A stretch of DNA of 64,000 nt from Eledone cirrhosa (lineage: Eukaryota), in assembly GCA_964016885.1 (NCBI GenBank), contig OZ024741.1:260276001-260340000 (forward strand). Direction: 5' to 3'. A program made the translations under genes and the position numbers. The notes beneath the pieces are model-generated. The model did not search any database and was not told where the DNA came from. It saw only the letters and a program-made list of their open reading frames with translations. Positions 52,561 through 64,000 of this stretch are shown piece by piece; the first letter of the stretch is position 1, and every line of letters starts with the position of its first letter.

Positions 52561-55500
52561 GAGTGTTTCGAGTTACGAGTGTTTCGAGTTACGAGTGTTT
52601 CGACTTACGAGTGTTTTTACTTACGAATGTTCTGAGTTACGGGTGTTTCGGCTTACGAGTGTTTCGACTTACGAGTGTTTTAACTTACGGGTGTTTCTAC
52701 TTACGCGTGTTTCGACTTGCAAGTGTTTCGACTTACGAGTGTTTCGACTTGCAAGTGTTTCGATTACGAGTGTTTCGACTACAAATGTTCCGACTTACGA
52801 GTGTTTCGACTTACGAGTGTTTCGACTTACGAGTGTTCTGCCTTACGGGTGTTCCGACTTACGAGTGTTTCGATACGAGTGTTCTGACTTACGAGTGTTC
52901 TGACTTACGAGTGTTCTGACTTACGGGTGATCTGACTTACGAGTGTTCCGATTTACGAGTGTTTAGGCTTATGAGGGTTTCGACTTACGAATGTTTTGGC
53001 TTACGAGTGTTTCGGCTTACGAGTGTTTCGAATTACGAGTGTTTCGACTTACGAGTGTTCTGACTTACGACTGTTCCGACTTACGAGCGTTCCGACTTAC
53101 GAGTGTTTCGGCTTACGAGTGTTTCGAATTACGAGTGTTTCGACTTACGAGTGTTTTGACTTACGGTGTTTCGGCTTACGAGTGATCGACTTACGAGTGT
53201 TTTAACTTACGGGTGTTTCGACTTACGCGTGTTTCGACTTACGAATGTTCCGACTTACGAGTGTTTCGACTTACGAGTGCTTCGGCTTACGAGTGTTTCG
53301 ACTTACGAAAATAACAAGTAGACGCGGTTTCAAATATCTATGCTTTTCAAATTCATTACATTAATCTTTATTTATACGTTTCGCTTTACGAGTGTTTCGG
53401 CGTACGAGTGTTTCGACTTACGACTGTTTTGACTTACGTGTGTTTCGGCTTACGAGTGTTTTGACTTACGAGTGTTTTGACTTACGGGTGTTTCGGCTTA
53501 CGAGTGTTTCGACTTACGAGTGTTCTGACTTACGACTGTTCCGACTTACGAGCGTTCCGACTTACGAGTGTTTCGGCTTACGAGTGTTCCGACTTACGAG
53601 TGTTTCGACTTACGAGTGTTTTGACTTACGGTGTTTCGGCTTACGAGTGTTTTGACTTACGAGTGTTTTGACTTACGGGTGTTTTGACATACGAGTGTTT
53701 CGATACGAGTGTTCTGACTTACGAGTGTTCTGACTTACGAGTGTTCTGACTTACGAGTGTTCTGAGTTACGAGTGGTCTGACTTACGGGTGTTCTTACTT
53801 ACGAGTGTTTCAGCTTATGAGTGTTTCGACTTACGAGTGCTTCGGTTTACGAGTGTTTCGACTTACGAGTGTTTCGACTTACGAGTGTTTCGACTTACGA
53901 GTGTTTTGACTTACGAGTGTTTTGACTAACGGTGTTTCTGCTTACGAGTGCTTCGACTTACGAGTGTTATGACTTACGGGTGTTTTGACATACGAGTGTT
54001 TCGATACGAGTGTTTCGACTTACGAGTGTTACGAGTGTTCTGACTTACGAGTGTTCCGACTTACGAGTGTTCCGACTTACGAGTGTTTCGGCTTACGAGT
54101 GTTTCGGCTTACGAGTGTTTCGACTTACGAATGTTTTGACATACGAGTGTTCCGACTTATGGGTGTTTCGACTTACGAGTGTTTTGGCTTACGGTGTTTC
54201 AGCTTACGAGTGTTTCGAGTTACGAGTGTTTTGACATACGAGCGTTTCGATACGAGTGTTCTGACTGACGAGTGTTCTGACTTACGAGTGTTCTGACTTA
54301 CGAGTGTTCTGACTTACGAGTGTTCCGACTTTACGAGTGTTTCGGCTCACGATTGTTTCGGCTTACGAGTGTTTCGACTTACGAAAATAACAAATAGACG
54401 CGGTTTCAAATCTCTATGCTTTTCAAATTCATTACATTAATCTTTATTTATACGTTTCGCTTTACGAGTGTTTCGACTTACGAGTGTTTCGACATACGAG
54501 TGTTTCGGCTTAAGAGTTTTTTATTTACGAGTGTTTTGACTTACGGGTGCTTCGACTTACGCGTGTTTCGACGTACGAGTGTTTCGACTTACGAGTGTTT
54601 CGGCTTACGAGTGTTTTGACTTACGAATGTTTTGACTTACGATTGTTTCGGCTTACGAGTGTTTCGACTTACGAGTGTTCTGACTACGAGTGTTCTGACT
54701 TACGGGTGTTCTGACTTACGAGTGTTCCGACTTACGAGTGTTTCGGCTTATGAGTGTTTCGACTTACGAGTGCTTCGACTTACGAGTGTTTCGGCTTACG
54801 GGTGTTTCGACTTACGAATGTTTTTGCTTACGAGTGTTTCGATACGAGTGTTCTGACTTACGAGTGTTCTGACTTACGAGTGTTCTGACTTACGAATGTT
54901 CTGACTTACGAGTGTTCCGACTTTACGAGTGTTTCGGCTCACGAGTGTTTCGGCTTACGAGTGTTTCGACTTACGAAAATAACAAATAGACGCGGTTTCA
55001 AATCTCTATGCTTTTCAAATTCATTACATTAATCTTTATTTATACGTTTCGCTTTACGAGTGTTTCGACTTACGAGTGTTTCGACATACGAGTGTTTCGG
55101 CTTAAGAGTTTTTTATTTACGAGTGTTTTGACTTACGGGTGCTTCGAATTACGCGTGTTTCGACTTACGAGTGTTTCGACTTACGAGTGTTTCGACTTAC
55201 GAGTGTTTCGGCTTACGAGTGTTTTGACTTACGAATGTTTTGACTTACGATTGTTTCGGCTTACGAGTGTTTCGACTTACGAGTGTTTTGACTTACGAGT
55301 GTTTTGACTAACGGTGTTTCTGCTTACGAGTGTTTCGACTTACGAGCGTTGACTTACGGGTGTTTTGACATACGAGTGTTTCGATACGAGTGTTTCGACT
55401 TACGAGTGTTACGAGTGTTCTGACTTACGAGTGTTTCGACTTACGAGTGTTCTGACTTACGAGTGTTTCGACTTACGAGTGTTCTGACCTACGAGTGTTC

Positions 55501-57500
55501 TGACTTACGAGTGTTTCGACATACGAGTGTTTTGACTTACGGGTGTTTCGACTTACGAGTGTTTCGAGTTACGAGTGTTTCGAGTTACGAGTGTTTCGAC
55601 TTACGAGTGTTTTTACTTACGAATGTTCTGAGTTACGGGTGTTTCGGCTTACGAGTGTTTCGACTTACGAGTGTTTTAACTTACGGGTGTTTCTACTTAC
55701 GCGTGTTTCGACTTGCAAGTGTTTCGACTTACGAGTGTTTCGACTTGCAAGTGTTTCGATTACGAGTGTTTCGACTACAAATGTTCCGACTTACGAGTGT
55801 TTCGACTTACGAGTGTTTCGACTTACGAGTGTTCTGCCTTACGGGTGTTCCGACTTACGAGTGTTTCGATACGAGTGTTCTGACTTACGAGTGTTCTGAC
55901 TTACGAGTGTTCTGACTTACGAGTGTTCTGACTTACGGGTGATCTGACTTACGAGTGTTCCGACTTACGAGTGTTTCGGCTTATGAGGGTTTCGACTTAC
56001 GAGTGCTTCGGCTTACGAGTGTTTCGACCTACGAGTGTTTCGGCTTACGAGTGTTTTGACTTACGAATGTTTTGGCTTACGAGTGTTTCGGCTTACGAGT
56101 GTTTCGAATTACGAGTGTTTCGACTTACGAGTGTTTTGACTTACGGTGTTTCGGCTTACGAGTGATCGACTTACGAGTGTTTTAACTTACGGGTGTTTCG
56201 ACTTACGCGTGTTTCGACTTACGAATGTTCCGACTTACGAGTGTTTCGACTTACGAGTGCTTCGGCTTACGAGTGTTTCGACTTACGAAAATAACAAGTA
56301 GACGCGGTTTCAAATATCTATGCTTTTCAAATTCATTACATTAATCTTTATTTATACGTTTCGCTTTACGAGTGTTTCGGCGTACGAGTGTTTCGACTTA
56401 CGACTGTTTTGACTTACGTGTGTTTCGGCTTACGAGTGTTTTGACTTACGAGTGTTTTGACTTACGGGTGTTTCGGCTTACGAGTGTTTCGACTTACGAG
56501 TGTTCTGACTTACGACTGTTCCGACTTACGAGCGTTCCGACTTACGAGTGTTTCGGCTTACGAGTGTTCCGACTTACGAGTGTTTCGACTTACGAGTGTT
56601 TTGACTTACGGTGTTTCGGCTTACGAGTGTTTTGACTTACGAGTGTTTTGACTTACGGGTGTTTTGACATACGAGTGTTTCGATACGAGTGTTCTGACTT
56701 ACGAGTGTTCTGACTTACGAGTGTTCTGAGTTACGAGTGGTCTGACTTACGGGTGTTCTTACTTACGAGTGTTTCAGCTTATGAGTGTTTCGACTTACGA
56801 GTGCTTCGGTTTACGAGTGTTTCGACTTACGAGTGTTTCGACTTACGAGTGTTTTGACTTACGAGTGTTTTGACTAACGGTGTTTCTGCTTACGAGTGCT
56901 TCGACTTACGAGTGTTATGACTTACGGGTGTTTTGACATACGAGTGTTTCGATACGAGTGTTTCGACTTACGAGTGTTACGAGTGTTCTGACTTACGAGT
57001 GTTCCGACTTACGAGTGTTCCGACTTACGAGTGTTTCGGCTTACGAGTGTTTCGGCTTACGAGTGTTTCGACTTACGAATGTTTTGACATACGAGTGTTC
57101 CGACTTATGGGTGTTTCGACTTACGAGTGTTTTGGCTTACGGTGTTTCAGCTTACGAGTGTTTCGAGTTACGAGTGTTTTGACTTACGCGTGTTTTGACA
57201 TACGAGCGTTTCGATACGAGTGTTCTGACTTACGAGTGTTCTGACTTACGAGTGTTCTGACTTACGAGTGTTCTGACTTACGAGTGTTCCGACTTTACGA
57301 GTGTTTCGGCTCACGATTGTTTCGGCTTACGAGTGTTTCGACTTACGAAAATAAAAAATAGACGCGGTTTCAAATCTCTATGCTTTTCAAATTCATTACA
57401 TTAATCTTTATTTATACGTTTCGCTTTACGAGTGTTTCGACTTACGAGTGTTTCGACATACGAGTGTTTCGGCTTAAGAGTTTTTTTATTTACGAGTGTT
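51981..57500. repeat. ~3.0-kb tandem repeat, about 2 copies
   Basis: ORFs 52012/55008 and 52467/55463 (2996); inserts 51981/54977 (2996) and 53309/56289 (2980). Confidence 0.82.
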
Positions 57501-60199
57501 TTGACTTACGGGTGCTTCGACTTACGCGTGTTTCGACTTACGAGTGTTTCGACTTACGAGTGTTTCGGCTTACGAGTGTTTTGACTTACGAATGTTTTGA
57601 CTTACGATTGTTTCGGCTTACGAGTGTTTCGACTTACGAGTGTTCTGACTACGAGTGTTCTGACTTACGGGTGTTCTGACTTACGAGTGTTCCGACTTAC
57701 GAGTGTTTCGGCTTATGAGTGTTTCGACTTACGAGTGCTTCGACTTACGAGTGTTTCGGCTTACGGGTGTTTCGACTTACGAATGTTTTTGCTTACGAGT
57801 GTTTTGGCTTACGAGTGTTTCGGCTTATGAGTGTTTCGACTTACGAGTGTTTTGACTTACGGGTGTTTTGACATACGAGTGTTTCGATACGAGTGTTCTG
57901 ACTTACGAGTGTTTCCGCTTACGAGTGTTTCGGCTTACGAGTGTTTCGACTTACTAATGTTTTTACTTACGAGTGTTTCGGTGTACGAGTGTTTCGACTT
58001 AAGTATGTTCCGACTTACGAATGTTTCGGTTTACGAGTGTTTCGACACACGAGTGTTTTGACTTACGGGGGTTTCGACTTACGGGTGTTTCGACATACGA
58101 GTGTTTCGGCTTACGAGTGTTTCGACTTACTAATGTTTTTACTTACGAGTGTTTCGGTTTACGAGTGTTTCGACACACGAGTGTTTTGACTTACGGGGGT
58201 TTCGACTTACGGGTGTTTCGACATACGAATGTTTCGGTTTACGAGTGTTTCGACACACGAGTGTTTCGACTTAAGGCTGTTTCGACTTACGAGTGTTTCG
58301 ACTTAAGGGTGTTTTGACTTACGGGTGTTGTGAATTACGAGTGTTCCGATTTACGAGTGTTTTGACTTACGGTGTTTCGGCTTACGAGTTATTCGACTTA
58401 CGAATGTTTTGACTTACGGGATTTTCGGCTTGCGAGTGTTTCGACTAACTAGCGTTTCGGCTTATGAGTGTTTCGACTTACTAATGTTTTGACTTACGAG
58501 TGTTTCGGCGTACGAGTGTTTTGACTTACGAGTGTTTCGACTTACGAGTGTTTTGACTTACGAATGTTTTGACTTACGGGTGTTTCGGCTTACGAGTGTT
58601 TCGACTTACGAGTGTTTCGGCTGGCGAGTGTTTCGACTTACGAGTGTTTTGACTTAAGGGTGTTTCGACTTACGAGTGTTTAGACTTACGAGTGTTTCGA
58701 CTTACGAGTGTTTTGACTTATGGTGTTTCGGCTTACGAGTGTTTCGACATACGAGTGTTTTGACTTACGGGGGTTTCGACTTACGGGTGTTTCGACGTAA
58801 GAGTGTTTCGACTTACGAGCGCTTCGATTTACGAGTGTTTCGACTTACGAGTATTTCGGCGTACGAGTGTTTTGACTTACGAGTGTTTGGACTTACGAGT
58901 GCTTTGACTTACGAATGTTTTGAATTACTTCGACTTACGAGTGATCTGACTTACGAGTGTTCCTACTTACGAGTGTTTCGACTTACGAGTGTTTCGACTT
59001 GCGAGTGTTTCGACTTACGAGTGTTTCGACTTACGAGTGTTCTGACTTACGAGTGTTCTGACTTACGAGTGTTCTGACTTACGAGTGTTCCGACTTACGA
59101 GTGTTTCGACTTACGAGTGTTTTGACTTACGGGTGATTTGACTTACGGGTGTTTCGCCTTACGAGTGTTTCGACTTACGAGTGTTTTAACTTACGGGTGT
59201 TTCGACTTACGCGTGTTTCGACTTACGAGTGTTTCGACTTACGAGTGTTTCGACTTACGAATGTTCCGACTTACGAGTGTTTCTACTTACGAGTGTTTCG
59301 GCTTACGAGTGTTTCGACTTACGAAAATAACAAATAGACGCGGTTTCAAATATCTATGCTTTTCAAATCCATTACATTAATCTTTATTTATACGTTTCGC
59401 TTTACGAGTGTTTCGACTACGAATGTTCCGACTTACGAGTGTTTCGACTTACGAGTGTTTCGACTTACGAGTGCTTTGACTTACGAATGTTTTGACTTAC
59501 TTCGACTTACGAGTGATCTGACTTACGAGTGTTCCTACTTACGAGTGTTTCGACTTACGAGTGTTTCGACTTGCGAGTGTTTCGACTTACGAGTGTTTCG
59601 GCTTACGAGTGTTTCAGTGTTTCGGCTTACGTGTGTTTCGACTTACGAGTGCTTCGACTTACGAGTGTTTCGGCTTATGAGTGTTTCGACTTACGAGTGC
59701 TTCGGCTTACGAGTGTTTCGACTTACGAGTATTTCGGCTTACGAGTGTTTCGACGTACGAATGTTTTGGCTTACGAGTGTTTCGGCTTATGAGTGTTTCG
59801 ACTTACGAGTGTTTCGACTTACGAGTGTTTCGGCTTACGAGTGTTACGAGTGTTCTGACTTACGAGTGTTTCGATTTACGAGTGTTTAGACTTACGAGTG
59901 TTTCGACTACGAATGTTCCGACTTACGAGTGTTTCGACTTACGAGTGTTTCGACTTACGGGTGTTCCGACTTACGAGTGTTTCGGCTTACGATTGTTTCG
60001 ACTTACGAGTGTTTCGGTTTACGAGTGTTTCGACTTACGGGTGTTTTGACTTACGATTGTTTGGGCTTACGAATGTTTCGACTTACGAGTGTTTCGACTT
60101 ACGAGTGTTTTGACTTATGGTGTTTCGGCTTACGAGTGTTTTGACTTACGAGTGTTTTGACTTACGGGTGTTTTGACATACGAGTGTTTCGATACGAGT

Positions 60200-63100
60200 G
60201 TTCTGACTTACGAGTGTTCTGACTTACGAGTGGTCTGACTTACGGGTGTTCTGACTTACGAGTGTTCCGACTTACGAGTGTTTCAGCTTATGAGTGTTTC
60301 GACTTACGAGTGCTTCGGTTTACGAGTGTTTCGAGTTACGAGTGTTTCGGCTTACGAGTGTTTCGACTTACGAATGTTTTGGCTTACGAGTGTTTCGGCT
60401 TACGAGTGTTTCGGCTTATGAGTGTTTCGACTTACGAGTGTTTTGACTTATGGTGTTTCGGCTTACGAGTGTTTCGACTTACGGGTGTTTCAACGTAAGA
60501 GTGTTTCGACTTACGAGCGCTTCGACTTACGAGTGTTTCGACTTACGAGTGTTTCGGCGTACGAGTGTTTTGACTTACGAGTGTTTCGACTTACGAGTGC
60601 TTTGACTTACGAATGTTTTGAATTACTTCGACTTACGAGTGATCTGACTTACGAGTGTTCCTACTTACGAGTGTTTCGACTTACGAGTGTTTCGACTTGC
60701 GAGTGTTTCGACTTACGAGTGTTTCGACTTACGAGTGTTCTGACTTACGAGTGTTCTGACTTACGAGTGTTCCGACTTACGAGTGTTTCGACTTACGAGT
60801 GTTTTGACTTACGAATGTTCTGACTTACGGGTGTTTCGCCTTACGAGTGTTTTGACTTACGGGTGTTTCGACTTACGAGTGTTTCGACTTACGAGTATTT
60901 CGAGTTACGAGTGTTTCGACTTACGAGTGTTTTGACTTACGAATGTTCTGACTTACGGGTGTTTCGGCTTACGAGTGTTTCGACTTACGAGTGTTTTAAC
61001 TTACGGGTGTTTCGACTTACACGTGTTTCGGCTTGCTAGTGTTTCGACTTACGAGTATTTCGACTTACGAGTGTTTCGACTTACGGGTCTTCCGACTTAC
61101 GAGTGTTTCGGCTTACGATTATTTTGACTTGCGATTGTTTGGCTTACGAATGTTTCGACTTACGAGTGTTTCGACTTACGAGTGTTTTGACTTACGGTGT
61201 TTCGGCTTACGAGTGTTTCGACTTACGAGTGTTTTGACTTACGGGTGTTTTGACATACGAGTGTTTCGATACGAGTGTTCTGACTTACGAGTGTTCTGAC
61301 TTACGCGTGTTCTGACTTACGGGTGTTCTGACTTACGAGTGTTCCGACTTACGAGTGTTTCGGCTTATGAGGGTTTCGACTTACGAGTGCTTCGGCTTAC
61401 GAGTGTTTCGACTTACGAGTGTTTCGGCTTACGAGTGTTTCGACTTACGAATGTTTTGGCTTACGAGTGTTTCGGCTTACGAGTGTTTCGACTTACGAGT
61501 GTTTCGTCTTACGAGTGTTTTGACTTACGGTGTTTCGGCTTACGAGTGTTTCGACATACGAGTGTTTTGACGTAGGGTGTTTCGACTTACGGGTGATTCG
61601 ACTTAAGAGTGTTTCGACTTACGAGCGCTTCGATTACGAGGGTTTCGACTTACGAGTGTTTCGGCGTACGAGTGTTTCGACTTACGAGTGTTTCGACTTA
61701 CGAGTGTTTTGAATTACGGGTGTTTTGACTAACGGTGTTTCTGCTTACGAGTGTTTCGACTTACGAGTGTTATGACTTACGGGTGTTTTGACATACGAGT
61801 GTTTCGATACGAGTGTTTCGACTTACGAGGGTTACGAGTGTTCTGACTTACGAGTGTTCTGACTTACGAGTGGTCTGACTTTCGGGTGTTCTGACTTACG
61901 AGTGTTCCGACTTACGAGTGTTTCAGCTTATGAGTGTTTCGACTTACGAGTGCTTCGGTTTACGAGTGTTTCGAGTTACGAGTGTTTCGGCTTACGAGTG
62001 TTTCGACTTACGAATGTTTTGGCTTACGAGTGTTTCGGCTTACGAGTGTTTCGGCTTATGAGTGTTTCGACTTACGAGTGTTTTGACTTATGGTGTTTCG
62101 GCTTACGAGTGTTTCGACTTACGGGTGTTTCGACGTAAGAGTGTTTCGACTTACGAGCGCTTCGACTTACGAGTGTTTCGACTTACGAGTGTTTCGGCGT
62201 ACGAGTGTTTTGACTTACGAGTGTTTCGACTTACGAGTGCTTTGACTTACGAATGTTTTGAATTACTTCGACTTACGAGTGATCTGACTTACGAGTGTTC
62301 CTACTTACGAGTGTTTCGACTTACGAGTGTTTCGACTTGCGAGTGTTTTGACTTACGAGTGTTTCGACTTACGAGTGTTCTGACTTACGAGTGTTCTGAC
62401 TTACGAGTGTTCCGACTTACGAGTGTTTCGACTTACGAGTGTTTTGACTTACGAATGTTCTGACTTACGGGTGTTTCGCCTTACGAGTGTTTTGACTTAC
62501 GGGTGTTTCGACTTACGAGTGTTTTGACTTACGAATGTTCTGACTTACGGGTGTTTCGGCTTACGAGTGTTTCGACTTACGAGTGTTTTAACTTACGGGT
62601 GTTTCGACTTACACGTGTTTCGGCTTGCGAGTGTTTCGACTTACGAGTATTTCGACTTACGAGTGTTTCGACTTACGAGTGTTCTGACTTACGGGTGTTC
62701 CGACTTACGAGTGTTTCGGCTTACGATTATTTTGACTTGCGATTGTTTGGCTTACGAATGTTTCGACTTACGAGTGTTTCGACTTACGAGTGTTTTGACT
62801 TACGGTGTTTCGGCTTACGAGTGTTTCGACTTACGAGTGTTTTGACTTACGGGTGTTTTGACATACGAGTGTTTCGATACGAGTGTTCTGACTTACGAGT
62901 GTTCTGACTTACGAGTGTTCTGACTTACGGGTGTTCTGACTTACGAGTGTTCCGACTTACGAGTGTTTCGGCTTATGAGGGTTTCGACTTACGAGTGTTT
63001 CGGCTTACGAGTGTTTCGACTTACGAATGTTTTTGCTTACGAGTGTTTCGGCTTACGAGTGTTTCGACTTACGAGTGTTTCGTCTTACGAGTGTTTTGAC

Positions 63101-63450
63101 TTACGGTGTTTCGGCTTACGAGTGTTTCGACATACGAGTGTTTTGACGTAGGGTGTTTCGACTTACGGGTGTTTCGACTTAAGAGTGTTTCGACTTACGA
63201 GCGCTTCGACTTACGAGGGTTTCGACTTACGAGTGTTTCGGCGTACGAGTGTTTCGACTTACGAGTGTTTCGACTTACGAGTGTTTCGACTTACGAGTGT
63301 TTCGACTTACGAGTGTTTTGACTTACGAGTGTTTTGACTAACGGTGTTTCTGCTTACGAGTGTTTCGACTTACGAGTGTTATGACTTACGGGTGTTTTGA
63401 CATACGAGTGTTTCGATACGAGTGTTTCGACTTACGAGTGTTACGAGTGT
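60200..63450. repeat. ~1.6-kb tandem duplication in an insert-free part of satellite B
   Basis: ORFs 60262/61902 and 60422/62062 (1640), 61355/62963 (1608). The shared rare unit TTTGACGTAGGG occurs at ~61566 and ~63142. Confidence 0.82.
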
Positions 63451-64000
63451 TCTGACTTACGAGTGTTTCGACTTACGAGTGTTCTGACCTATGAGTGTTC
63501 TGACTTACGAGTGTTTCGACTTACGAGTGTTTTGACTTACGGGTGTTTCGAATTACGAGTGTTTCGAGTTACGAGTGTTTCGAGTTACGAGTGTTTCGAC
63601 TTACGAGTGTTTTTACTTACGAATGTTCTGAGTTGCGGGTGTTTCGGCTTACGAGTGTTTCGACTTACGAGTGTTTTAACTTACGGGTGTTTCTACTTAC
63701 GAGTGTTTCGACTTACGAGTGTTCTGACCTATGAGTGTTCTGACTTACGAGTGTTTCGACTTACGAGTGTTTCGACATGCAAGTGTTTCGACTTACGAGT
63801 GTTTCGACTACAAATGTTCCGACTTACGAGTGTTTCGACTTACGAGTGTTTCGACTTACGAGTGTTCTGACTTACGGGTGTTCCGACTTCGAGTGTTTCG
63901 GCTTACGATTGTTTTGACTTACGATTGTTTTGGCTTACGAATGTTTCGACTTACGAGTGTTTCGACTTACGAGTGTTTTGACTTACGAGTGTTTTGACTT

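Larger units (their letters stand above)
19434..59393 (+). repeat. Family of 25 interspersed copies of a 69-bp AT-rich insert within satellite B
   Basis: Consensus AAATAACAAATAGACGCGGTTTCAAATCTCTATGCTTTTCAAATTCATTACATTAATCTTTATTTATAC. Starts at 19434, 24610, 25661, 27273, 32449, 33500, 35484, 36592, 37183, 39135, 40243, 40835, 42131, 43207, 44443, 47334, 48330, 50158, 51981, 53309, 54385, 54977, 56289, 57349, 59325. Always flanked by TTTCGACTTACGA on the left and GTTTCGCTTTACGAG on the right. Confidence 0.97.
15640..64000. repeat. Satellite B: tandem array of a 16-bp unit, consensus GACTTACGAGTGTTTC, ~3000 copies, single orientation, open at the right window edge
   Basis: Directly visible. 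Main junction variants are TTTCGAC, TTTCGGC, TTTTGAC, TTCTGAC and TTCCGAC. Recurrent shortened units include TTCGATACGAG, TTACGGTG and GTGTTACGAG. Confidence 0.99.

Noticed and set aside
19434-59393. CRISPR-like array (repeats with AT-rich spacers, or the insert as repeat)
   Set aside because: The inserts are near-identical rather than unique, the intervening DNA is tandem 16-mers of 0.5-5 kb, and there are no cas genes or leader.
15798-63997. Hundreds of + strand ORFs of the type LRVFRLTSVSTYECFD
   Set aside because: Three 16-bp monomers (48 bp) translate to the same 16-aa peptide in all three + frames, because the consensus has no + strand stop. The minus strand has TAA in each monomer. 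This is a periodicity artefact.
15640-64000. Satellite B as a telomerase-synthesised long telomeric repeat
   Set aside because: Kb-scale duplications of variant patterns and embedded inserts indicate recombinational amplification. Telomerase would yield near-uniform units, and I recognise no matching telomere motif.

Overview
The window is almost entirely eukaryotic-type satellite DNA, with no credible gene, RNA gene or CRISPR array. (1) 1..~15353: satellite A, a 33-39 bp unit GCTGTTTTCT(G/C)TGTCAGTGCCAGT(GTT)n built on triplets, nearly CpG-free, in ~4.7-5.4 kb higher-order copies. (2) ~15354..15639: the only single-copy DNA (~290 bp). It holds a fold-back of the end of array A and a segment resembling the 5' part of a non-autonomous Helitron/Helentron-type element. 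(3) 15640..64000: satellite B, a CpG-rich 16-bp unit (GACTTACGAGTGTTTC), ~3000 head-to-tail copies in one orientation. It is punctuated by 25 copies of one conserved 69-bp AT-rich insert and organised into nested duplications (about 1.2, 1.6, 1.8, 3.0, 3.65, 7.84 and 13-14 kb). Repeat periodicity explains the ORF track. The best lead is that satellite B may be an amplified transposon sub-terminal repeat (Tigger/pogo-like, CENP-B-box-like, dyad-symmetric) sitting directly downstream of a Helitron-like head. That link rests on remembered motifs and needs a Dfam/Repbase search.
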